Source of the DNA: a phage
Sequence record: PZ534534.1
Reading direction: 5' to 3' (one strand)
Length of the DNA: 64,000 bases
Below the pieces are notes generated by a model. That model had not been told where the DNA came from, ran no database searches, and saw only the letters and a list, made by a program, of their open reading frames with translations. The position numbers and the translations under genes are program-made. The number at the start of each line of letters is the position of its first letter. Within the stretch, counting starts at the first letter, position 1. This document shows, piece by piece, positions 17,429 to 27,185 of this stretch.

Positions 17429-17688
17429 GCAAGGTTGTTGTGAGGGCCAGTGAGTGGGCAGCCAAGAACAGTTCACTAAACTGGTTCGACTTTCTTTGGT
17501 GCAGGGTGCTCAAGAATTTCAAAGGGGAAAATTTTGAATCGCTAAATCTTGCAGATATGGCGTATTTCCTGAAGCTATGTGAGTATCTTGATATCGAAGA
17601 ATTCCTAGATACCGTCCAAAACAGGGAAATGGAGCGGGAGCAGAAGGCTGCCGCAGCTGCTGCGAAAGCTAAGCGCAGGAGAGGATAA
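16955..17688 (+). CDS. tail assembly chaperone frameshift fusion product (lambda GT-like)
   Basis: Downstream ORF (17440..17688) has no independent ATG or RBS, lies in the -1 frame and overlaps the upstream ORF, as in the lambda G/GT paradigm. Confidence 0.5.
17323..17329 (+). promoter_or_regulatory. programmed -1 ribosomal frameshift slippery site (T TTT TTC)
   Basis: X XXY YYZ heptamer in the zero frame of the chaperone gene; the -1 frame is open from 17314 to 17688. Confidence 0.55.
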
Positions 17689-17692
17689 TCTA

Positions 17693-17728
17693 AGGGCCGG
17701 ATTCCTTTTCTGGGATCTGGCCCTTTTT
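17693..17728 (+). terminator. rho-independent terminator
   Basis: Hairpin GGGCCGGAT...ATCTGGCCC followed by TTTTTATT. Confidence 0.6.
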
Positions 17729-17742
17729 ATTATGAGGAAACC

Positions 17743-20079
17743 ATGGCTACAAACAAAATAGTTGCCACAACAGTCAACAAGATTGGCTTTGAGATAGAGA
17801 ACTCCTCCTACAAAAAAGCTGTAGAGAAAATTCGCAGTATTGGGAGGGAGTTCAGGAAACTGGGCGAGGATTTTAACTCAGCCAACCCCATGAGTAGATG
17901 GCAGGCAGTGGCGGTTAAAACTCAGCAGACAATGCAACGTGTTGCCAGACAACAATCTCAAGCAAATGCTAAACTGCACAGGGAGAGCGTTGCTCAGGCT
18001 AAGAAAGAGGCTGCAGTAAAGGCTGCAATAGAGCGTAGGGAGAATGCAAGACGTAGGCAAGCTGTAGGCAATCTTACCGCCAAAAACCCAGAGATGGCTA
18101 GGATGCGTAAGTTCTACCAGCAGCAAGCTAAAGAGGCTAAAAAAGCTGCCAAATCTGCACCAGTATCCTATGGGGGTTATAAGGCACCTAAGGCAAGAGT
18201 TCTTGCTAACGCCAAGTCTTTCAGATATATTCCAGGCAACCCGAACATGGGTGGAGTGGCTTCAGATCCTAATCTTGTGAAAGCCCAGACCGCTGCCATG
18301 AATCGTTATCATAGACAGCTAAGAAGAGACAGTAAAGCTGGTATGGATAATAGGCTTATGTCGGATCGTGAGGCAAGGAGAACCCACCTCTACAACTCCG
18401 CGATAAGACTTTCTGCCAAGTATGGGGCCGGATTCCGTGGAAGCTTGCCAGGATACTCAGAGTTAGAGTCCAGGTTTGCTCGCGGGGAGATGAAGAAGTC
18501 AACCTTTAACGCCCACCTGTCAGCGCTGCAGTCTGGGTTTAAAAGCGCCACCAGCCAAACGCTTACACTAGGCGATGCCATGAGAGACTTACGTAGATCT
18601 GTTATTAATGCAACAGCTGCGTATACAGCTTTTTCTGGATTTGCTGCAGTTAATAGATCCGGTCACATGATGGAGGGGGCAAGTGCTGCTCTTACTGCTG
18701 TTACTGGAGATCCAAACAAAGCTAACAGTGAGGTTGCGTTTGTCCAGCAAGAGGCTATGCGTCTTGGTTTTGATCTCAAATCTGGTCTTCAAGGTTACGC
18801 CCAGATGTCGGTAAACGCCAAAAACCAGATGACAAATCAGGAAGTGCATGAGCTGTTTTCTGCATACTCCCAGTATGCTGCTGCTTATGGTGCCGATGAG
18901 GTAAAATACCAGCGCGGTATTATGGCAATCCAGCAAATGCTCGGTAAAGGGCAAGTAATGTCCGAAGAACTGAAGCAACAACTTGCTGAAGCATTGCCTG
19001 GTGCATACGAACCTTTTATCAAGGCCACCAAAGAGGCTTTTGGTCTTTCTGAACTCTCCATGGATCAGTTCATGGACATGATGAAGAAAGGTGAGGTTAA
19101 AACAGCCAAGATCATGAAGTATGTGGCTAAGTACATGAACGAGGCATCTGCAGCTGGTTATGAAAGAATGCAGAAGTCTAACGTGCTGGCAGAAAACAGA
19201 CTGAAAACCTTCATCGAACTGACTCGTCAGAAACTGTTCACCCGTTGGTCTGACGAACTAACAGAGTTCTATTATACACTGATCCGCACGGGTGAGACTC
19301 TGCAATTTGTGTGGGATGCCTCTGGTGATTTTGTTAGCGGGTTTGTGAGAGGCCTTAACTGGGTAGTTGGTGAACTAAACAACACTATAGTCAAGATCCG
19401 CATGTTTTTCCTTGAATGGGGGATTAAATGGGGGTTCATAACAGCCAAGACGAAGGAATATTCTGAAGAGCTTCATGACACCTTTAGCTATGCTAAATGG
19501 GCAGGGTTTGCTGCTGCCATCATGCTGGTCGTCAACGCCCTAACAAAAGGTTTTGTCATGGCATCTATGCTTGTAAAAACCTTTAAATTCCTTAACTCTC
19601 TAAGGGGTGCAGCTGGAGCAGCGGGTGCCGCTACTACAGAAGGATCTGGTGGTGGAGCTCCGGCAGGAAAAGGTGGAGGTGGCCTCAAGACACCTGGTGG
19701 CAAAGTTGGTCTGCTCGGTAAGCTGGGCATTATCGGTACAATACTAAGCGCCGGGGAATTATTTAATGACCGTTACAACCCACTAAGTGAAAGAAATCAG
19801 CAGCTGGATACTATCAGCGATATGATTCGCAAAGATATCATATCGGGAGGTAACGGGTTTGTTAATCCTTTGGACACCTTACCGGGCGGGACTCTTCCGT
19901 TGCCGGGTGGCCCTGGTTTTGCTTCTCAATTAAGAACTATGGAAATGCTACCTTTAGAGATCAGTGATGGGAAAATCACGATTTCAATAGATGAGGGTGA
20001 GTTTAACAAAATATTTGATGCAAAACTTGAGTGGGAGAACAATAAAGATATCAACTTCATGTCTACCGACCTTTGGTAA
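17743..20079 (+). CDS. tail tape measure protein
   Basis: 778 aa, basic Ala/Gln-rich coiled coil N-terminus, conserved tape-measure core block (QQMLGKGQVMSEELKQQLAEALPGAYEPF), Gly-rich C-terminal region. Confidence 0.85.
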   Translation: MATNKIVATTVNKIGFEIENSSYKKAVEKIRSIGREFRKLGEDFNSANPMSRWQAVAVKTQQTMQRVARQQSQANAKLHRESVAQAKKEAAVKAAIERRENARRRQAVGNLTAKNPEMARMRKFYQQQAKEAKKAAKSAPVSYGGYKAPKARVLANAKSFRYIPGNPNMGGVASDPNLVKAQTAAMNRYHRQLRRDSKAGMDNRLMSDREARRTHLYNSAIRLSAKYGAGFRGSLPGYSELESRFARGEMKKSTFNAHLSALQSGFKSATSQTLTLGDAMRDLRRSVINATAAYTAFSGFAAVNRSGHMMEGASAALTAVTGDPNKANSEVAFVQQEAMRLGFDLKSGLQGYAQMSVNAKNQMTNQEVHELFSAYSQYAAAYGADEVKYQRGIMAIQQMLGKGQVMSEELKQQLAEALPGAYEPFIKATKEAFGLSELSMDQFMDMMKKGEVKTAKIMKYVAKYMNEASAAGYERMQKSNVLAENRLKTFIELTRQKLFTRWSDELTEFYYTLIRTGETLQFVWDASGDFVSGFVRGLNWVVGELNNTIVKIRMFFLEWGIKWGFITAKTKEYSEELHDTFSYAKWAGFAAAIMLVVNALTKGFVMASMLVKTFKFLNSLRGAAGAAGAATTEGSGGGAPAGKGGGGLKTPGGKVGLLGKLGIIGTILSAGELFNDRYNPLSERNQQLDTISDMIRKDIISGGNGFVNPLDTLPGGTLPLPGGPGFASQLRTMEMLPLEISDGKITISIDEGEFNKIFDAKLEWENNKDINFMSTDLW

Positions 20080-20087
20080 TAAACTGT

Positions 20088-20112
20088 GCAGGGGGGGCTC
20101 CGGCCCCCTTTA
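20088..20112 (+). terminator. rho-independent terminator
   Basis: Hairpin GGGGGgctccggCCCCC followed by TTTATTTTAT. Confidence 0.6.
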
Positions 20113-20123
20113 TTTTATCGGTG

Positions 20124-20152
20124 TTGTAAAAACGGCTATTTTATGATACAAT
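20124..20152 (+). promoter_or_regulatory. sigma70-like promoter (TTGTAA-17-TACAAT)
   Basis: Hexamers with 17-nt spacer upstream of the first post-tape-measure gene. Confidence 0.45.
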
Positions 20153-20185
20153 ATCTAGATGGTATCGGAGTGTCCTGGAGAGGTT

Positions 20186-21070
20186 ATGCCAAGCAATATA
20201 GTTGATGAAAAAGACCTGTACAAGCCTCAAGAGGTTAAATCTCCAAAGGCTGAAAAGGCAGAGCAGCAAACTGAAAGCGATGTAAAGTACACTATGTTTG
20301 TCAGCGGTCTTAACTATGGTGGTCGCAATACGGAGATGAAGGGTAAAAACTTTACTAACGATCTTGCCATTATCTTCGACCAGGTTGAGAACTATTCTTT
20401 CAAACATTCTGTTGATAAAACTAGTTTTGCAGTGGAAGATAAGTCTACCCTGTCAGACCACGCTGTAATTAAAGATGGTGTATTTTCTTTTACTGGTAGG
20501 GTAAATACATCACCACATATAATCTATGAGCAAAACTACATTGACAGGAATACTGACTCTAAAAACCCTGCAGCATCTATGCGACCGGGCGCTGCACTGG
20601 AGGCTTTGACTGAGATCATTAATAAGCGCCAATTGGTTTCTTTGGTTACCGAGGAAAGACTCCTTGAGAACTACATTATAACCAGCCTTTCTGCCAGCAA
20701 GTCTGTTGGTGAAGGTGCTGCAATGGTTTTTGATGTAGAACTTACAGAGTTCCGCACATTCTACTTGAACAAGGTTGTTAATGCAACTGTATACAGCAAT
20801 CCTAAGAAAGTAGGCAAGACCCAACAAAAAGGTGCTGTCAACGACTGTAAGAATGGTAGTAACGTAGGTAACAAGAGGGACACAGGAGCATTCGCAGACA
20901 CTGCATCCACAAATGCTGCAGAGGAGTGGCAGCCATACAAATCCATGATGTGGACAGATGAAAACGGTGTTACCCAATCGGCTGCGGATTGGTATTATCA
21001 GGAATATGGAAGACCTTCTACCATAGTCCCATCTGAGCAGGGGAACTACAACAAAGTTAACGGGAAATAA
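20186..21070 (+). CDS. hypothetical baseplate/distal tail protein
   Basis: ATG at 20186 with GGAGAGG RBS (ORF track start 20159); first gene after the tape measure. Confidence 0.4.
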   Translation: MPSNIVDEKDLYKPQEVKSPKAEKAEQQTESDVKYTMFVSGLNYGGRNTEMKGKNFTNDLAIIFDQVENYSFKHSVDKTSFAVEDKSTLSDHAVIKDGVFSFTGRVNTSPHIIYEQNYIDRNTDSKNPAASMRPGAALEALTEIINKRQLVSLVTEERLLENYIITSLSASKSVGEGAAMVFDVELTEFRTFYLNKVVNATVYSNPKKVGKTQQKGAVNDCKNGSNVGNKRDTGAFADTASTNAAEEWQPYKSMMWTDENGVTQSAADWYYQEYGRPSTIVPSEQGNYNKVNGK

Positions 21071-21082
21071 GGGGAGCGTATA

Positions 21083-21463
21083 ATGGAGCTTAAAGATTGG
21101 TGCATAATCACCTTTGTGTGGGACATTGACGGCTTTCCTGATCAAACCATGCGTGTTGTTTTAGACAACGAAACGTATGAAATGCGTATGCAATGGAATG
21201 AGAGGGATGAGTCCTGGTGGTTATCTCTTGGTCCGGTAGGTGACAGCCCTTTAGTAACCAGAAAAGTAACAGCTTGTCAAGATATTTTAGACGGACTGCA
21301 TTACCGAGATGATTTACCGAAAGGTAGACTGATGGCGCTGTCGTTTAAAGACGATCAATATTGGGGCAGGGTTGGAAGATATAACCTTGGGGCGAGATCT
21401 GAGCTACAACTTGTATACGGCACCCCGGTTGATCTTTACAAGGAACAGCAAGGGTTAGAATAA
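21083..21463 (+). CDS. hypothetical baseplate protein
   Basis: 126 aa, tightly packed with flanking baseplate genes. Confidence 0.4.
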   Translation: MELKDWCIITFVWDIDGFPDQTMRVVLDNETYEMRMQWNERDESWWLSLGPVGDSPLVTRKVTACQDILDGLHYRDDLPKGRLMALSFKDDQYWGRVGRYNLGARSELQLVYGTPVDLYKEQQGLE

Positions 21464-22467
21464 TGGCGGAGTACAGACGTAGAACATGGCGATTATTGTT
21501 TGGTCGTCCTGTAGAACATGGCGGTAAATCAAAAACCAATATCCCAAAATCTGTTGAAAAGAAAGGGGAGAGTGATTCCGGAGTTTATGAAGTTAGCTCT
21601 GACACTGGTGCTGCCAATATAGAGTTTGACATACAAAAGGATAATACCAAAGAGCCAAACAAAGGTTATGTGACAGTTTACAACCTGTCTGACGATACAG
21701 TTAACTATCTGGATATGCATCAGGCTGATGCCCTTGCAGTTATGTTTGAAGCTGGATATGATGATGAGAACCAGTTAATATTCTCCGGAACTGTAGAGTT
21801 TGTTGAAGACAGATGGGAAGGTCCGACCAGAAAAACTAAGTTCATCTTTGGAGATGGTACTGAGAACATTATTAAGTGCCAAAGCACAAGATCTTATCAG
21901 AAAGGTACACCTCTGAACTCTGTGCTTAATGACCTGCTGAAGGATATGAACTTGCCAAAAGGTAGGGTTGTGGGTTTTGGAAACCAGACTTTGCAATACT
22001 CTATGGCTTTCTCTGGAAACACTGCAGAGAACCTCCGCAGGTTTGCAAGGCTGACCAACTCCACATTTAGCGTTCAGGATGGAGCTTTGTATTGGACCAA
22101 GGTTGGAAAAAGGTTCAAAGACTCTGTGTTTGAAATAAGTGCAGAGTCTGGGATGCACGGATCGCCTACCCCTAAAAACCCAGAACCTGCTAAAAAACGA
22201 AAAGCTAAAGCTGCTGCCAAAGGCGGTTCGACATCTAAAAAGAAAAAGAAAAACCCGAGAGAGGATGTTGGCCTTACTGTAACCACATGCCTTAACGGAG
22301 CTATCCTCCCAGAGTCCACTATTTATCTTAAAAGCAAGCAATATACAGGATTCTATAAGGTGATCACGGTGCATCATAAGGGCACCATAGAAGGAGGTGA
22401 TTACACTACAGAGCTTGGCCTTGGGGAAACAGTGGGTGGAGTTGTTGACAAAACTGAGGAGGTATAA
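21463..22467 (+). CDS. baseplate hub-like protein (putative)
   Basis: 334 aa, position upstream of the spike gene; Lys-rich internal linker. Confidence 0.35.
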   Translation: MAEYRRRTWRLLFGRPVEHGGKSKTNIPKSVEKKGESDSGVYEVSSDTGAANIEFDIQKDNTKEPNKGYVTVYNLSDDTVNYLDMHQADALAVMFEAGYDDENQLIFSGTVEFVEDRWEGPTRKTKFIFGDGTENIIKCQSTRSYQKGTPLNSVLNDLLKDMNLPKGRVVGFGNQTLQYSMAFSGNTAENLRRFARLTNSTFSVQDGALYWTKVGKRFKDSVFEISAESGMHGSPTPKNPEPAKKRKAKAAAKGGSTSKKKKKNPREDVGLTVTTCLNGAILPESTIYLKSKQYTGFYKVITVHHKGTIEGGDYTTELGLGETVGGVVDKTEEV

Positions 22468-23144
22468 TGGCAATAAATAGGAAAGATGCTGCTGTAAGAT
22501 CCTTCATAGAAAAAATAATGAGGGACTACCACACCAGTATCAGGGCCAGAGTTGTCAGTGTAGACTACAGTATCCCTTCTGCATCTGTGCAGCCAATAGC
22601 TGAAACCACGTTTGATGACGGAGATGTGGAGAGATACCCCCTTATCTATGACGTTCCAATTCAGGTGATGTCTGCAAACAGCGGAAAGGCAAGGTTAACA
22701 CTTCCTATTAAGGCCGGAGATGTTGTAGGATTGCAGTTTTCAGAGAGGAATGAAAACAATAACGACGATCAACAAACTCACGGCCTGTTTCCAGGGTGGG
22801 CAATCACCTCCGTTCATTCAGACTCAAACGCTTTACAGATCGATCCTGATAACGTAGAGTTATGGAATGATAGGGTTTATTTTAAACTGACACCTTCTGG
22901 CGATTTTGAGCTTCAGACACCGGGTGGAACATTACGGTGCGACAGCAGCGGGGAGTTTTCTTTCACTAACGGTGCTGCCAATTTGCGAGCTGCTGTGGAT
23001 GGAAATATCAGAATGAATGGTGCCACAATAGACCCATCTGGTAGAATTATAACTGCTGCTGGCGTGGATTTGGATTCATTCTATGCAGAATATAAAGGTC
23101 ATACCCACTCTTGCCCTGATGGCGAGACAAGTGGACCGCACTAA
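22467..23144 (+). CDS. baseplate central spike protein (P2 gpV / Mu gp45-like, putative)
   Basis: 225 aa; beta-rich spike-like sequence ending in a His/Cys-rich apex motif (YKGHTHSCPDGETSGPH). Confidence 0.5.
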   Translation: MAINRKDAAVRSFIEKIMRDYHTSIRARVVSVDYSIPSASVQPIAETTFDDGDVERYPLIYDVPIQVMSANSGKARLTLPIKAGDVVGLQFSERNENNNDDQQTHGLFPGWAITSVHSDSNALQIDPDNVELWNDRVYFKLTPSGDFELQTPGGTLRCDSSGEFSFTNGAANLRAAVDGNIRMNGATIDPSGRIITAAGVDLDSFYAEYKGHTHSCPDGETSGPH

Positions 23145-23156
23145 TAGAGGGCTTTC

Positions 23157-23873
23157 ATGGCTACGCTTTATAGTGATATATTGATGGACCCACAGACAGG
23201 CGATTTGGCGATAGACAAAGGTCTTGAGTTGATAGATTCAAACCAGGTAAGTCTGCGCCAGCGCTTGTGGATGAGATTTAATACGTGGAAGGGGAGCTGG
23301 TACTTTGACGAGCTGTTTGGCTTCCCTTATATGGACTTTCTCAGCAAGAAGGTCATGAAGACTGTTCTTGATAACAAGATTATGGAAGTGGCAAGACAAG
23401 AGCCGGATGTGCTAAACATCATAAACTTCCAATCCACCATGGATAGAAGATCGAGAACATACCAAGCGTTCTTTGAGGTTGTTACCAAAGAGAACGAGAT
23501 TGTAAGGCTGGCTTTTGTAGGTCTTGATCAGTTCACCTACCCACAGCCTGATTCTGGGACAACCTCCCTCTGTGATGATGAGGGTTGGATTAAGTGGGCT
23601 AATAAACTGTACTATCTGATCAACTTCAGATTGCCTAGAACCGGAGATGCCACATGGTGGAACCAGTATGCTGGTCCTGAGATGGAAAACCCGATCCCTG
23701 TAGGCTCTCTGTTGACTCAGGATAAAGATCTGCTGATGACTGAGGCAGAACAAACCATTAACCGCAATACCTGGACGCTTGCTCCAGATGAGCGCGAATA
23801 CTCTGGTGTTATTGCTACCTCCAATGATGAGGCTATTGCCAACCAGTCTGGTCGTGCTATTGATGTTAACTAA
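23157..23873 (+). CDS. hypothetical baseplate protein
   Basis: 238 aa in baseplate gene run. Confidence 0.35.
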   Translation: MATLYSDILMDPQTGDLAIDKGLELIDSNQVSLRQRLWMRFNTWKGSWYFDELFGFPYMDFLSKKVMKTVLDNKIMEVARQEPDVLNIINFQSTMDRRSRTYQAFFEVVTKENEIVRLAFVGLDQFTYPQPDSGTTSLCDDEGWIKWANKLYYLINFRLPRTGDATWWNQYAGPEMENPIPVGSLLTQDKDLLMTEAEQTINRNTWTLAPDEREYSGVIATSNDEAIANQSGRAIDVN

Positions 23874-23882
23874 GGAGAAATC

Positions 23883-24551
23883 ATGGCTGTAGCTTATCCT
23901 ACAATACCAATTCCAGATCTTGAAGATGCAGAAACAGTCCTGAGTGATGACTTCTTGGTTGTCAACCAGACTGATGGGACAAGAAAGGCTAAGATTGACG
24001 ATGTTGTCAACGATCTTAGCATCACTAAGATAGTCTATTTCACAGAGGGTGGTTATCTTAAGAGCAAGAAGGACTTTGCTTATGATCCAGAAACTAAGCG
24101 CTACTACACGTGGAACGGGGATTATCCTAAAATAATCCTCCCAGACTCCACTGTAGAGGGTGCTGGGGGTGTGTCTGCAAATGCCTGGTCTGTTTTTGGT
24201 GAGCTTGCTGCAACTTCTTCTGGCAGAATAGTTGATTACGGATCTATCGGTGGTCAGCTTGATATGGATCTTGAAGTTGCGGATACCTTTAAGGTTCGAC
24301 TAACTTCAAATACCACAATCTCTTTTGAAAATCAAACAGAAGGTCTTGAAGGGGTGGCGAGGACTATAACCGTATGCATTACTCAGACCTCTGGCGGCAA
24401 CAAAGTCTATTGGCCTGGTAATGTTAAATGGTCCTACGGAAGAGATCCTATCCTAACATTTACAGCTGGTGCAACAGATATTTTCAAGTTGGAAACCTAC
24501 GACAACGGGTTAACTTGGTACGGGGCACTGATTATCGCAGGAGCTATCTAA
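23883..24551 (+). CDS. receptor-binding protein with conserved N-terminal particle-anchor domain
   Basis: N-terminal 100 aa share a recognisable pattern with the N-terminus of the 27186 fibre (F.EGG.L....DFAY.......Y.W.G..P...P). Confidence 0.5.
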   Translation: MAVAYPTIPIPDLEDAETVLSDDFLVVNQTDGTRKAKIDDVVNDLSITKIVYFTEGGYLKSKKDFAYDPETKRYYTWNGDYPKIILPDSTVEGAGGVSANAWSVFGELAATSSGRIVDYGSIGGQLDMDLEVADTFKVRLTSNTTISFENQTEGLEGVARTITVCITQTSGGNKVYWPGNVKWSYGRDPILTFTAGATDIFKLETYDNGLTWYGALIIAGAI

Positions 24552-24552
24552 G

Positions 24553-27150
24553 ATGCGTATTCAACACAACATTGATAACGTATTTCAGATGATTGAGGGG
24601 CACAGGAAGTGCCTCGATAACAACACAGGTATTACCAACACACCTACACAAAATAAGCTAGTAAACCCTGATGGTCTTATAGCTGCAGGGTGGGCAGGTA
24701 ATAAGATAAATAACGATTGGGCAATGCATGAGTCCCAAGCTGTGTTGATTCTGGGATACATTGAAGCATACAGGGCATCGAAAAGCGATTTCTATCTGGA
24801 TAGGGCAAAAGATGCTTGGGAAGCTTACAATAGTCATCTTCTGGGTGCATATGCCGTAGAAAGTAAAATGCAAAGATTGTCCCACTACCCTCTATCCACA
24901 GATGGGGTTCCATCACACGGTGGGTTTAAAGATGTGGTGGTGTCTTTTACCAACGGTAGAGGAAAAATCCCAGCTGGATCTCCGACATGGGGGGAATACC
25001 TGGACAAGGCATTCCAAGCGTATAACGGTGTGTTAGGAAGAAACACTGTAGACTCTGATGTTTACGGTGGCACAGATGCTAACCCAGATTGGACAACATC
25101 CGGATTAAGTTGGTGGGTTGAGTGGTACATAGCATGGGATGGTAACCGCTATTGGGCTAACGGTAGCATAGCCGACAGTGGTCATACGTCTGTAGAGTTC
25201 GGCACAATCCAATTACAAGATAAGGGTGTTACAGGCAGCCACAAGGTGACCTATTGTGTAAGATTACCTCAGGAGCAGGGTGGATCGGTGATACCTGCAG
25301 GATCCCCTGTAATTGTAAATCCTATAAACGTGGTTGCAGATAATCAGGCCCCAGAGTTGGACGGGGAAGAAATGTGGTGTGACGCTTGTTATCAACTCTA
25401 CACCTTGACAGGTGAGGAAAAGTATTACACCGCGTTTGAACAGTCTTACAACAAACTGCTTAATTTCAGTGATATAAACGCCTACGACAAATTGTTTAGA
25501 AAGACCACGTTGATTAAGGCACCGTTTACAGATGGTACTTGTCTTGTTGCAGGAACAGTTCCTGTCATGAGCAGGGACAGTGACGGGTATATCAATTTTA
25601 GAATGAACGCACGCCAGCCTTGCGAAATAATCCAAAAAGGGACTACATACAAAATAGGCAGAGATGCTGAAATTGTTATGAATTTCGGAGGAGAGGGGGT
25701 TCTGTTCCAGCCACATTTCATCCTTAATGATGGCAACAATAACAAAAAACAGTACAGGATAGGGGTTCCTTTTGGAAGGGCAGAGGTAACAGAAATAGTT
25801 GCCAAGGTTACCGATTTCGTAGAGGTGGTTGGTAAAGACGGTAATCCGTATCTCTTACCTAAAGAGGAAAACATTGCCGTAAGCGGTGGTGCTAGTGTTA
25901 GTATGCAGTATGATACCGACATTTACAACCACTCTGACAACTTCACCCGTTGTAATATAGCAAGAGGTAAAGTAACTTTCAATTTTGGAAGAGAGATTTC
26001 TTTAAACTCAGTAACTTATCGATCAGATGATGAGATGGTAAGGGTCAAATTTCTTGACAAAGACAGGTGGTTATGGTATGCTGATCTATATGCCACCAAT
26101 GGACAATGGATAACAGAAACTCTTACTCTAGGAGATTTCAAACTAGATCCGACACAACCTCATCACACCGAAGAAGAGATTAAACCTTTCTTTGCTAATC
26201 CTAAGGGACTAACCTCTGTAGATTTCAGTCTAAGCGACAGGCAGATAGGTAATGGCTTGTTTGATCTGTATTGCGTCAACACGCTGCCGCAATTCTATAT
26301 TGCAGATAGGGATGCTTATCTAATCTGGTTTAGCGTGTGGATGGCAAGCAAGACAGAATCAACCGCTAAGGTTGGCGATTGCTATGTCAGAAACTACAAG
26401 CAAGGTGCATACAGGCACACACCGGGTGTGTTCCCTGCCGGAAAGGTGATAGATAAGGAAAACTATCTCTTAGAGGAAAAGCCAAATTGGCCCTACCCTG
26501 GCATGCAATACCCAGCAGTCTACTGCATGGGTGCAGAAAACATAGATCGCCATAGATTGTCAAATACAATAGGCTTTCTGTATGACGCTCAAGTCTGGTA
26601 TAATAATACATTTAGGACAGAGGGTCCAGTTGCCTCACGTTATGTATGGCAGAGAGGCAATGAAGGGTTGACTGGTTGGTGGGAGATGGTAGATAACTCT
26701 AAGCTCCAGTCAAGATCTTTTGTTGCTGCGTGCCGCACAATATATGAGCTCAAGAAACATAAAGAACCTGTTGATGAAAGACTGTTCCTGTTCTGCCAGA
26801 AATGGGCATGGTTCCTCAACAGATTCCAGTCATCTCATTCAGGAAATCTGCCTACAGACTTTAACACCTCTGGGGGATACTCTTATCAAGACAGAGGGGA
26901 CAGGATGTGGGTGGTAGGTGAATGGCTTGCAGGTTGCTGCTGGCTAGGTCTGTGCGGGTATTCAGAGACAATACCTCAAATAGATATTGTTGTAGAAGCC
27001 TGTGTGAAGCTACTGCAAAAGCACCACTTCATTAATGGGGATAATATTTTAAACGGCTGCTGGGCAGTTTCTGATCCGGTTGGCTATCACTCTGGCGAAA
27101 TCCTTCGCGGTCTGGGTCTTTATGCTCAATACCGTGGATTGTACCTTTAA
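24553..27150 (+). CDS. large tail-associated protein, putative polysaccharide depolymerase (tailspike-like)
   Basis: 865 aa immediately following the anchor-domain protein; Trp/Tyr-rich sequence suggestive of a carbohydrate-active fold; function inferred, not demonstrated. Confidence 0.4.
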   Translation: MRIQHNIDNVFQMIEGHRKCLDNNTGITNTPTQNKLVNPDGLIAAGWAGNKINNDWAMHESQAVLILGYIEAYRASKSDFYLDRAKDAWEAYNSHLLGAYAVESKMQRLSHYPLSTDGVPSHGGFKDVVVSFTNGRGKIPAGSPTWGEYLDKAFQAYNGVLGRNTVDSDVYGGTDANPDWTTSGLSWWVEWYIAWDGNRYWANGSIADSGHTSVEFGTIQLQDKGVTGSHKVTYCVRLPQEQGGSVIPAGSPVIVNPINVVADNQAPELDGEEMWCDACYQLYTLTGEEKYYTAFEQSYNKLLNFSDINAYDKLFRKTTLIKAPFTDGTCLVAGTVPVMSRDSDGYINFRMNARQPCEIIQKGTTYKIGRDAEIVMNFGGEGVLFQPHFILNDGNNNKKQYRIGVPFGRAEVTEIVAKVTDFVEVVGKDGNPYLLPKEENIAVSGGASVSMQYDTDIYNHSDNFTRCNIARGKVTFNFGREISLNSVTYRSDDEMVRVKFLDKDRWLWYADLYATNGQWITETLTLGDFKLDPTQPHHTEEEIKPFFANPKGLTSVDFSLSDRQIGNGLFDLYCVNTLPQFYIADRDAYLIWFSVWMASKTESTAKVGDCYVRNYKQGAYRHTPGVFPAGKVIDKENYLLEEKPNWPYPGMQYPAVYCMGAENIDRHRLSNTIGFLYDAQVWYNNTFRTEGPVASRYVWQRGNEGLTGWWEMVDNSKLQSRSFVAACRTIYELKKHKEPVDERLFLFCQKWAWFLNRFQSSHSGNLPTDFNTSGGYSYQDRGDRMWVVGEWLAGCCWLGLCGYSETIPQIDIVVEACVKLLQKHHFINGDNILNGCWAVSDPVGYHSGEILRGLGLYAQYRGLYL

Positions 27151-27154
27151 CATA

Positions 27155-27175
27155 GGGGGCTGTTTGCCCCCTTTC
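27155..27175 (+). terminator. rho-independent terminator
   Basis: Hairpin GGGGGCtgtttGCCCCC followed by TTT. Confidence 0.55.
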
Positions 27176-27185
27176 AGGAGAAAGA

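Noticed and set aside
17440-17688. Independent 82-aa gene downstream of the chaperone
   Set aside because: Starts with GTG without an RBS and its frame is open well upstream into the chaperone gene next to a slippery heptamer; a frameshift extension is the better explanation.
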